Of a stretch of 35,994 nt of DNA, positions 28,575 through 35,994 are shown piece after piece. Location: positions 1-35,994 of the forward strand of contig CAZIZE010000013.1 of the NCBI GenBank assembly GCA_964543655.1. The letters run 5' to 3'. This DNA is from an uncultured bacterium. Its GTDB lineage: Bacteria > DYJV01. Both the position numbers and the translations under genes were made by a program. The notes under the pieces are model-generated. The model saw nothing but the letters and a program-made list of their open reading frames with translations, did not search any database and was not told the DNA's origin. Position 1 is the first letter of the stretch, and every line of letters begins with the position of its first letter.

Positions 28575-30077
28575 ATGAAAAGTATTATGATTCAGGGTAC
28601 AGGCTCAAGTGTAGGAAAAAGTGTGATTGTAACAGGGCTTTGTAGAATATTCTCTGACATGGGATTTAAGGTTACTCCTTTTAAAGCACAAAATATGGCT
28701 CTTAACTCATATATAACAAACAATGGCAAAGAAATGGGAAGAGCTCAGGTTGTGCAAGCTGAAGCAGCAAGAGTTACACCTAATGCTGATATGAACCCAA
28801 TTCTTATTAAACCTAATTCTGATACAGGTGCTCAAATCATCATTCATGGTGAAGTGTTTGGAAATATGAGCGCAGTTGAATATCACAAATTTAAAAGAGA
28901 AGCAAAAAAATATGTAGTTGAAAGTTTTAATAGATTATCAGAGAAATTTGACATTATGGTAATAGAGGGAGCGGGAAGCCCTGCTGAAATTAATCTCATT
29001 GAAAATGATATTGTAAATATGGGAATGGCAGAAATTGCTGATTCACCTGTAATTCTTACTGGTGATATTGATAAAGGTGGTGTGTTTGCATCTCTTGTTG
29101 GTACTGTACAGTTATTACCAGAAAAAGATAGAAAAAGGATAAAAGCATTTTTAATTAATAAATTCAGAGGTGATGTTTCCCTTTTAGAACCAGCTCTAAC
29201 TGAAATTACAAATATGACGAAAATTCCATTTCTTGGAATAGTACCATACTTCAAAGATTTATATATTCAAGAAGAGGATGGAGTAGCAGTTGAAAGCTAC
29301 AGAAAAAAGGAGATAACATTTAATGAAATAAAAATAGCTGTGCTTCATCTACCTCATATATCCAATTTTACTGACTTTGATGCACTGGAGAGAGAACCTG
29401 ATGTTTCCCTTAAATATATTACTTTAAATGAAAAACTTGAAAATTTTGACATTCTAATTATTCCTGGAAGCAAAAATACAATTGATGACTTAATAAAAAT
29501 AAAAGAGTATCAATTTCACAAAACTATAGAGAAATTTGCTCAAAATGGTGGAGTTATTGTTGGAATATGTGGTGGTTTTCAAATTCTTGGGAAAAAAATA
29601 TTTGACCCATTTCATGTGGAAAGCAGCAATGATTCTGTTAATGCACTTGGTTTTCTTAACTTTACAACCAAAATGGAGAAAGAAAAAACAACAAGGCAGG
29701 TAAAAGTTAGAGTAAATCCTACATGCTCAAAAATGTATGTAAATGAGATTCTTGAAGGATACGAAATTCATATGGGAATAAATGATTATATTTCAAAGAA
29801 TTTTCTTTTTGAAAATATACACACAAAAGAGCAAGATGGACTTATTTCAGATAATGGCAAAATTTGGGGCACATATATCCATGGAATTTTTGACAATGAC
29901 CACTTTAGAAGAAATTTTCTAAATAACATTAGGCTGGATAAAGGATTGAAACCTTTAAAATTAGATAGTGCATATAATTATAAGCAGTTAAAAGAGGAAG
30001 GGTTTAATAAACTTGCAGAGCTTTTAAAAGAAAGTATAGATTTTCAGCTTCTTTTAAAGATAATGGGCTTAAAGTAA
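28575..30077 (+). CDS. cobQ: Cobyric acid synthase CobQ/CbiP
   Basis: QGTGSSVGKS, PFKAQNMALNS, EGAGSPAEINL, DIDKGG, NKFRGD, ISNFTDFD, PGSK, GICGGFQILG, GYEIH, GTYIHGIF. Confidence 0.97.
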   Translation: MKSIMIQGTGSSVGKSVIVTGLCRIFSDMGFKVTPFKAQNMALNSYITNNGKEMGRAQVVQAEAARVTPNADMNPILIKPNSDTGAQIIIHGEVFGNMSAVEYHKFKREAKKYVVESFNRLSEKFDIMVIEGAGSPAEINLIENDIVNMGMAEIADSPVILTGDIDKGGVFASLVGTVQLLPEKDRKRIKAFLINKFRGDVSLLEPALTEITNMTKIPFLGIVPYFKDLYIQEEDGVAVESYRKKEITFNEIKIAVLHLPHISNFTDFDALEREPDVSLKYITLNEKLENFDILIIPGSKNTIDDLIKIKEYQFHKTIEKFAQNGGVIVGICGGFQILGKKIFDPFHVESSNDSVNALGFLNFTTKMEKEKTTRQVKVRVNPTCSKMYVNEILEGYEIHMGINDYISKNFLFENIHTKEQDGLISDNGKIWGTYIHGIFDNDHFRRNFLNNIRLDKGLKPLKLDSAYNYKQLKEEGFNKLAELLKESIDFQLLLKIMGLK

Positions 30078-30080
30078 ATT

Positions 30081-31853
30081 TTATTTTTTAAAATGAACAT
30101 CAATTTGTGGAAATGGTATTTCAATATTATGCTTATACAATGCTTTATAAATTAAAATTAAAAACTCAGAAATCATAATCTTCCTTGATTTATTCTCTTT
30201 TATTTCAACCCATACAAAAAGTTCAAAATTAACACTGCTATCAGCCATTTCTGTCATAACAATTCGAGGTTTTTTATTTTCATCTTTTCTAATAAAATCA
30301 ATATCACTTTCAAAAAGCTCTGCCAAAACAACTGATTGCACCTTATCTACATCAGTGCCATAAGCAACTCCAAAAGGAACCCTTAACCTTCTAATATTAT
30401 CAGACATTGTCCAGTTAATAACATTATTTTGGAAAAGAGTCTGATTAGGTATGATTATATCAATATTATCAAATGTTGTAACAATAGTTGCCCTCATATT
30501 AATACTTGCAACTTTGCCAATCAAATCTTCATTAAGCTCAATAATATCATCTACTTTTATTGACTTTTCAAATAGCATAATCAATCCGCATATAAAATTT
30601 GATATAACACTTTGCAAGCCAAAACCTATTCCAACAGAGAGTGCACCAACAATAACTGTTAATGAGCTTAAATCAATTCCTATAACTTTTAATGTTATAA
30701 AAAAAGCAATAGTTACTATTAAATAGTAACCAATATTGCTAATTAAAATCTTTGTGGATGGTGTTAGGCTTATTCCTTTATAAGTTAACTTGTTAATATA
30801 CTTTTTATAAAGAGTTCCTATAAAAATTCCTAAAATAAAAATCACAATGGCTATTATAATATCAAGGCTGCTTATACCTTTATTATTAATTGAAAAAAGA
30901 GGTTTATTTAACAATGAAAAAATATATACCACTGTGTTTTTAATTGTTTTTTTTGTGTCATGAAGTAAAATTTCTTTTGTCCCAAAACGCAGTTCCATTA
31001 TTTTTTGAATGCTATAATTAAGAGACAATACATAATATTTGTCATTGGAATATTTTGCCAGCAACTTCTCAAAGATGCTTTTGAATTGAAAAACTTTTTT
31101 ATCTTTACTCTTAAAATATATGAAGAACTGTATTAGATAATTCCTAATCAATTTTTGAACAATTAAATAATTTTTCTCTTTAACATAATCAATTAATCCT
31201 TCTATTCTTTTTACTTCTTTATCTTTGTTTAAAAGCTGTAATCTCTCTTTATCTATTTTTAATTCTTCAATTTTTATATAATTTTTTTCTACCTGATTTT
31301 TTAGATAAGATATTATTTTACTATTATCACTATTCTTAAAAGAAATATCATCAATTTTTTTTGATAAAGATTTTAACCAACCAATATAATTGCTTTCTAT
31401 ATATGATATTCGTTTTTTTAAAATCACAAGAGTATAATAGTAGAAATCGTGCTGTAATTTTAAAGTGAGATAATTTGGGGTGCTATTATCCATTGTAGAA
31501 ATTTGGTCTTCAAGCAGTTGTAATCTCTTCTCTTTCTCCTTTAATTCATCAAGGCTTTGTAAATAATTTGAATAAATAGAAACTATTTCAAGGAATTTAT
31601 CAACATATTCACTGCTTGTGTTAATGTTATTTAAATTAAATTTGTAATTTTTAGTTTTGCTATTAATAATATTAATAATTTTTTTTAACAAAGTTTTCTG
31701 GAGTAATATTTCACTGTTGAATTTTTTAGAATTGCTTAGTTTGGATAATAGTGATTCATAATAGGGTAATTTGTTATCAGGATAAAGTGAAGTTATAGGT
31801 ATCTGAAATGTAAAAATAATAAATAAAAATAAACAGATGAAAAATCTTTTCAT
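30081..31853 (-). CDS. Small-conductance mechanosensitive channel (MscS family) with N-terminal exported coiled-coil region
   Basis: Signal-like N-terminus, helical region, then GIDLSSL..GALSVGIGFGLQ..SNF..G, IPNQ, NWT, GVAYGTD, DSSVNFEL, IEIPFPQ. Confidence 0.92.
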   Translation of the reverse strand: MKRFFICLFLFIIFTFQIPITSLYPDNKLPYYESLLSKLSNSKKFNSEILLQKTLLKKIINIINSKTKNYKFNLNNINTSSEYVDKFLEIVSIYSNYLQSLDELKEKEKRLQLLEDQISTMDNSTPNYLTLKLQHDFYYYTLVILKKRISYIESNYIGWLKSLSKKIDDISFKNSDNSKIISYLKNQVEKNYIKIEELKIDKERLQLLNKDKEVKRIEGLIDYVKEKNYLIVQKLIRNYLIQFFIYFKSKDKKVFQFKSIFEKLLAKYSNDKYYVLSLNYSIQKIMELRFGTKEILLHDTKKTIKNTVVYIFSLLNKPLFSINNKGISSLDIIIAIVIFILGIFIGTLYKKYINKLTYKGISLTPSTKILISNIGYYLIVTIAFFITLKVIGIDLSSLTVIVGALSVGIGFGLQSVISNFICGLIMLFEKSIKVDDIIELNEDLIGKVASINMRATIVTTFDNIDIIIPNQTLFQNNVINWTMSDNIRRLRVPFGVAYGTDVDKVQSVVLAELFESDIDFIRKDENKKPRIVMTEMADSSVNFELFVWVEIKENKSRKIMISEFLILIYKALYKHNIEIPFPQIDVHFKK

Positions 31854-31955
31854 ATCAGCAAGTTAACATAAATAAAGCTAAATGTCTATTAAAAAAATTT
31901 TAATTTAATTAATCCACCAACATATTTTATTCTATTTTCAGGAATATTCTTTATG

Positions 31956-31997
31956 TTCAAGTAATCATTTGACTTGAAGAGTAATGTAATATATAAA
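31956..31997 (+). promoter_or_regulatory. Sigma70-type promoter of bcp with overlapping inverted repeat
   Basis: TTGACT (31969-31974), 17 nt spacer, TATAAA (31992-31997). TTCAAGT-N9-ACTTGAA (31956-31978) overlaps the -35. Confidence 0.6.
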
Positions 31998-32023
31998 AAA
32001 GAAAAATAAAAATGGGGGGAGAA

Positions 32024-32524
32024 ATGTTAGTAGGTGAAAAAGCTCCTGAATTTTGTTTGCCTAATCAAGATAATGGGGAAGTCTGTTTAAAAGATTTTTC
32101 TGGCAAATGGATAGTTTTATACTTTTATCCTAAAGATAATACCTCAGGTTGAACAAAAGAAGCAAAAGATTTTTCAGAAAGGCTGGAAGCTTTTAATAAA
32201 TTAAATGCTGTTATTTTAGGAGTGTCTCCTGATGCACCTGAGAAGCATAGAAATTTCATAAAAAAACATGATTTAAAAATAACTCTGCTTAGTGACACAG
32301 AAAAAAAAGTAATGCAGCAATACAATGTCTGGCGGCTAAAAAAAAATTATGGCAGAGAAAGTATGGGTGTTGTTAGAAGTACTTTTATAGTAAATTCTGA
32401 TGGTAACATAGCAGCAATTTGGGATAATGTAAAAGTTAGACAGAAAAGGAAAAAAGGTGGCAAAACTTATGAAATTATCCATGCAGAACAAGTGCTTGAT
32501 AAATTAAAAGAAATGGTAAATTAG
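32024..32524 (+). CDS. bcp: Selenocysteine-containing peroxiredoxin BCP/PrxQ (166 aa, Sec at codon 43)
   Basis: ATG 32024 after a GGGGGAG SD gives MLVGEKAPEFCLPNQD...WIVLYFYPKDNTSG[TGA 32150-32152]TKEAKDF..LGVSPD..H..F..K..L...LLSD...YG...GVVRSTF. The TGA is exactly at the peroxidatic Cys of PxxxTxxC and in frame with the 32222-32524 ORF. Confidence 0.9.
32164..32194 (+). promoter_or_regulatory. Candidate bacterial SECIS hairpin
   Basis: Begins after an 11-nt spacer following the TGA: AAAAG-AT bulge-TTTTCAG, loop AAAGG, CTGGAAG-CTTTT (12 pairs including two G-U). Confidence 0.65.
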
Positions 32525-32557
32525 AGCTTGATTTAAAAATTTATTTATTATAGGATA

Positions 32558-33091
32558 ATGCTAATGTTGAAAAATCTTATTGGAATAATTTTGTCATTTA
32601 TTTTACTATGTTACTTTACATCGTGTGGATACAAATTTGGTTACCATAAAAGTAGCAAAATTATTAAAATATATATGCCCTACCCTAAAAATAACACAAG
32701 TGAGCCATGGCTTGATAATTATTTTGTAGAAGAATTAAAAAGAGAACTAATACTTCATCCAAATGTAAAAATCACTTTTGAAAACAAAGCTGATTATTTT
32801 ATTAATGGAGAAATACTTGATTATAAAAAAACACCTATTTCTTACACATCTTCAGATAAAACCCTTGAATATCGGCTTGAAATAAGAGTTAAAATTACAG
32901 TAAAAGATAAAAATGGCAAAATTATCAAGCAAAAAGTATTTTACTGGAATAAAGAATATGCGTCAGGTTATACTGGTGAAAGGAATTTTGACGTTGGAGC
33001 ATCAGAAGCAAAGAAAAAAGAATTTCTAAAAAAAATCTGTGCTGATATTTCTGGTGAAATTTATTACTGGTTATTCACATATAACTTCTAA
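32558..33091 (+). CDS. lptE: LPS assembly lipoprotein LptE
   Basis: Lipobox FTSC-GY; N.T.EP.L, AD..I.GEI..Y, EYRL.I.V; directly upstream of holA. Exact start uncertain. Confidence 0.82.
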   Translation: MLMLKNLIGIILSFILLCYFTSCGYKFGYHKSSKIIKIYMPYPKNNTSEPWLDNYFVEELKRELILHPNVKITFENKADYFINGEILDYKKTPISYTSSDKTLEYRLEIRVKITVKDKNGKIIKQKVFYWNKEYASGYTGERNFDVGASEAKKKEFLKKICADISGEIYYWLFTYNF

Positions 33092-34062
33092 TGAGTTTCA
33101 AACAATTTAAAGAGTCCTTTTTAAAAGAAGAAAAAGATATTTACATTATAGAATGTAATGACTCTTATTTGAAAAATCAAATAAAAAATTTTGTAACATC
33201 AACATTAACAGAGCAATACACACCTGTATCATTTTCATTAAATGAAACAACTTTTCAAGAAGTTTACAATCAATTTAAAAGCACATCTCTTTTTGGTGAA
33301 AAATTTATAATAAATGTTTCAGATTGCACTGGCTTTGAAAGGGATATAATTAATTTAATTTTAAAAGAAAAGAGATTTAAAAACAAAATTTTTTTCTTTT
33401 TCAATACAATAAAAAATAAAAAACTACTCCAGGTTTCTATAGAAAATAGCTGCTACTTCTCTGTAAAGAAGCCTGAAAAAAAAGAACTTATAGGTATTGT
33501 AAAAAAATTCTTCAAAAAAAACAGTATAAAAACAGCAGCTCATGTGGAAGAATTTTTAGTGGAAAACCTGCCAGATGATATGGAATCATTAAACTCTGAA
33601 TTAAGAAAGATTGTAGATTTTCACAACAAATCTAAAATATTGCAGATTGAAGATTTGAAAAAAATCATTTTTTCACTAAAAGAAGAAAATATTTTCACTT
33701 TTATTGATAATTTTTTAAAAAAAGATTTTAAAAATAGCATTAAAACATATTACAACCTTATTCAGCTTAAAACTGATGTTGAGTATATACTTAATCTTTT
33801 AATTAATAATACCTCAAATATGCTCTTAATAAAATCACTTTTAAAAGAAAAAAATTTATCATACAATGCTATTCATGAAAAAATTAAAATTAATCCTTAT
33901 GCATTAAAAAAGCAATATAGAAACTCTGAAAATTTTTCTTTTAATGAACTGTCTCAACTAATTGAAAAATTAATTCTTTTACAATTTAAAATAAGAAAAT
34001 TTGGAAAAGAAAGAGAAATTTTATTTAGAAATTTCCTGCTTACCTATCTAACTAACAAATAG
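33091..34062 (+). CDS. holA: DNA polymerase III delta subunit
   Basis: IYII.C.D.YL, SLFGEK, L.SELRKI, EENIFTFID, INPYALKK; 323 aa; conserved lptE-holA linkage. Confidence 0.82.
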   Translation: MSFKQFKESFLKEEKDIYIIECNDSYLKNQIKNFVTSTLTEQYTPVSFSLNETTFQEVYNQFKSTSLFGEKFIINVSDCTGFERDIINLILKEKRFKNKIFFFFNTIKNKKLLQVSIENSCYFSVKKPEKKELIGIVKKFFKKNSIKTAAHVEEFLVENLPDDMESLNSELRKIVDFHNKSKILQIEDLKKIIFSLKEENIFTFIDNFLKKDFKNSIKTYYNLIQLKTDVEYILNLLINNTSNMLLIKSLLKEKNLSYNAIHEKIKINPYALKKQYRNSENFSFNELSQLIEKLILLQFKIRKFGKEREILFRNFLLTYLTNK

Positions 34063-34161
34063 TTAAGAATCTTTCTACAGTAAAAAAACGCAAAATATCA
34101 CACAATATAAAACCAAATTGTTATCATAGTTTTTTTAGCTTTCTCTTTTTTTCCTGTATTA

Positions 34162-34187
34162 AAATAAAAAGGGGCAAATGCCCCTTT
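34162..34187 (-). terminator. Rho-independent terminator of the acyl-CoA synthetase gene (possibly bidirectional)
   Basis: AAAGGGGC-AAAT-GCCCCTTT stem-loop (34168-34187) right after the stop codon, followed by a U-rich tract on the minus strand; lies between convergent genes. Confidence 0.85.
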
Positions 34188-34188
34188 A

Positions 34189-35934
34189 TTATTTTCTTAC
34201 TCCAAGATTTAACTCTTCTTTAAAATCTATTTCAAAAAACTCAAATTCGCCTCTTTTCTTTTTCTCTTTCAACTCTTTGTCATAAGCTTTTAGATCTTTC
34301 CTCATTACCTTGGCACTAACTGTTTTTGGAAACTCTTTCATAAATTCAATACTCCTTGGTCTCTTATAAGGTGCCATTTTATTTCTGATAAATCTAAAAA
34401 TATCAAGAGCTGTTTCTTTTGTTGGCTGATAATCTGGTTTTAAAACAATAAAAGCTTTTGGAACAATTCTATCTCTATGGTCAATTGTTGGAACAACAGC
34501 AATTTCCAAAACTGCTGAGTGAACAGCAATTTCACTTTCAACCTCAAAAGGAGAAATTCTGTAATCAAGGCTTTTAAATACATCATCTGTTCTACCAACA
34601 AAATAGAAGTAACCTTCTTTATCCTGATATGCTGAATCACTTGTTTTGTACCAGCAGCCTTTAAACATTTCTTTATTTTTTTCTTCATCATCATATTTAG
34701 CAAGTAATCCAAGAGGTCTAAAAGGATATGTTTTTACACATATTTCTCCATCTTCTCCCTGTTTAACCTCTTCAAGGGTATCATTTAAAAGTTTAATTTC
34801 ATAACCAGGAGCTGGTTTACCAAGAGAGCCTAAAATTCTTTTTTCACCTTTAAAATTTGCTATTAAAAGAGTAGTTTCTGTTTGCCCATAACCTTCCCTT
34901 ATTTCAACTTTAACAGCATCTTCTATAGTTTTAACAACAGCAGGTGCAAGTGGTTCGCCTGCACTTACAATTTCTCTTAAACTAAAATTATAATCATTTA
35001 GATTTTCAAGTGTTAATAATTTTAATACACTAAAAGGTGCACATAAAGTTGTTGCTTTATATTTTTCAACCATTTTTAATACAAATTTTGCATCAAATTG
35101 TGAGTAGTATAAAGAAAGAATTGTAGCCTCAGCATTCCATGGAGCAAAAAAGCTGCTCCACGCATATTTAGCCCACCCAGGAGCACTAATATTTAAATGG
35201 ATATCTCCTTTTTGTAGATTAATCCAATACATTGTTGTTAAATGGCCAACAGGATAAATATGATTGTGCATTACAAGCTTTGGCTGAGATGTTGTTCCTG
35301 ATGTAAAAAAGAGAAATAATTCATCATTTGAGTATGTTATAAATGGAGCTTTATAATCATCATGGTACTTTTCCAGTTCACTGTAACTGTAAACAGTATC
35401 GGTTAATAAATCTTCCTCAAGTTCCTCTCCTACATATATTACAGCTTTTAATTTCTTTAAAATTTCAGGGTTGTTTTTCAATGCTTTTTTGGCGTACTTA
35501 GAATGTGCAATAAAGAACTTCACATTCCCTCTATCAATTCTGTACGCTATATCATCAGGTGAAAGAAGCGCAGCACCTGGAATAATAGAGCCACCAGCTT
35601 TCATAACACCAAGGATTGTTTCATGAATTTCCACAGAGGAATCCATAATCATGAAAACCCTATCTCCTTTTTGCAAACCAAGGTCCCTTAAGAAATTGGC
35701 AACTTTGTTGGATCTGCTTTTCATTTCTTGAAATGAAACAACCTTTTCATCACCATTTTCATGTGCAAAAATTAAAGCTGGTCTGTCATTCCCCTCTGCA
35801 ATTCTATCAAAGTAGTCAAGAGCCCAGTTAAATTTTGAAATTGCTGGCCATTGAAAATTTTTCACAGCATCTTCATAACTTTTTGCATTTAATAATGAAT
35901 CACGAGCATGTAAGAATGATTCAATGTCTGACAT
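34189..35934 (-). CDS. AMP-forming short/medium-chain acyl-CoA synthetase
   Basis: FNWALDYFD, FTSGTTSQPK, SAPGWAK, SAGEPL, EGYGQTET, GRTDDVFKS..YRISPFEVES, PKTVSAK. Confidence 0.93.
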   Translation of the reverse strand: MSDIESFLHARDSLLNAKSYEDAVKNFQWPAISKFNWALDYFDRIAEGNDRPALIFAHENGDEKVVSFQEMKSRSNKVANFLRDLGLQKGDRVFMIMDSSVEIHETILGVMKAGGSIIPGAALLSPDDIAYRIDRGNVKFFIAHSKYAKKALKNNPEILKKLKAVIYVGEELEEDLLTDTVYSYSELEKYHDDYKAPFITYSNDELFLFFTSGTTSQPKLVMHNHIYPVGHLTTMYWINLQKGDIHLNISAPGWAKYAWSSFFAPWNAEATILSLYYSQFDAKFVLKMVEKYKATTLCAPFSVLKLLTLENLNDYNFSLREIVSAGEPLAPAVVKTIEDAVKVEIREGYGQTETTLLIANFKGEKRILGSLGKPAPGYEIKLLNDTLEEVKQGEDGEICVKTYPFRPLGLLAKYDDEEKNKEMFKGCWYKTSDSAYQDKEGYFYFVGRTDDVFKSLDYRISPFEVESEIAVHSAVLEIAVVPTIDHRDRIVPKAFIVLKPDYQPTKETALDIFRFIRNKMAPYKRPRSIEFMKEFPKTVSAKVMRKDLKAYDKELKEKKKRGEFEFFEIDFKEELNLGVRK

Positions 35935-35994
35935 CCTCCTTTTCCTCCTTTTTTTGCTTTTTTTTTGAAAAACGGGAAGGCGTTTATTATAAAT

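Noticed and set aside
32222-32524. 100-aa ORF as a standalone gene, or bcp as a pseudogene
   Set aside because: It is the in-frame C-terminal part of bcp. The only interruption is a TGA at the catalytic residue with a downstream hairpin, which fits Sec better than decay.
599-34712. Numerous short (60-130 aa) antisense or alternate-frame ORFs in the track
   Set aside because: They overlap well-supported genes and have no recognisable motifs.

Overview
Very AT-rich bacterial DNA from a diderm (lptE and an outer-membrane beta-barrel are present), probably a hydrogen-using anaerobe; the taxon cannot be fixed from this window. From left to right: (i) the start of a Hyb-type membrane-bound uptake [NiFe]-hydrogenase operon (small subunit, HybA-like ferredoxin, partial NrfD-family membrane subunit); (ii) a ~11.4 kb signalling cluster in which a second, Tat-exported, unanchored group 1a/[NiFeSe]-like hydrogenase sits among three periplasmic c-type-heme (CxxCH) sensors (an unusually long chemoreceptor, a hybrid histidine kinase and a diguanylate cyclase) plus a soluble multi-PAS hybrid kinase, a candidate periplasmic H2-sensing system; (iii) a tungstate/molybdate ABC operon with a WtpA-TupA-like fused binding protein and an alginate-export-like porin, flanked by two copies of a small MITE-like element with REP-like hairpins; (iv) a housekeeping run (tsaD, DUF2062, rsmA, PBP1A, FliK-like, zinc-ribbon/DUF3426, TPR, TlpA, site-2 protease, cobQ); (v) MscS, a selenocysteine-containing BCP peroxiredoxin truncated by the ORF track (in-frame TGA plus SECIS-like hairpin), lptE, holA and an acyl-CoA synthetase. 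No rRNA, tRNA or CRISPR array was seen.
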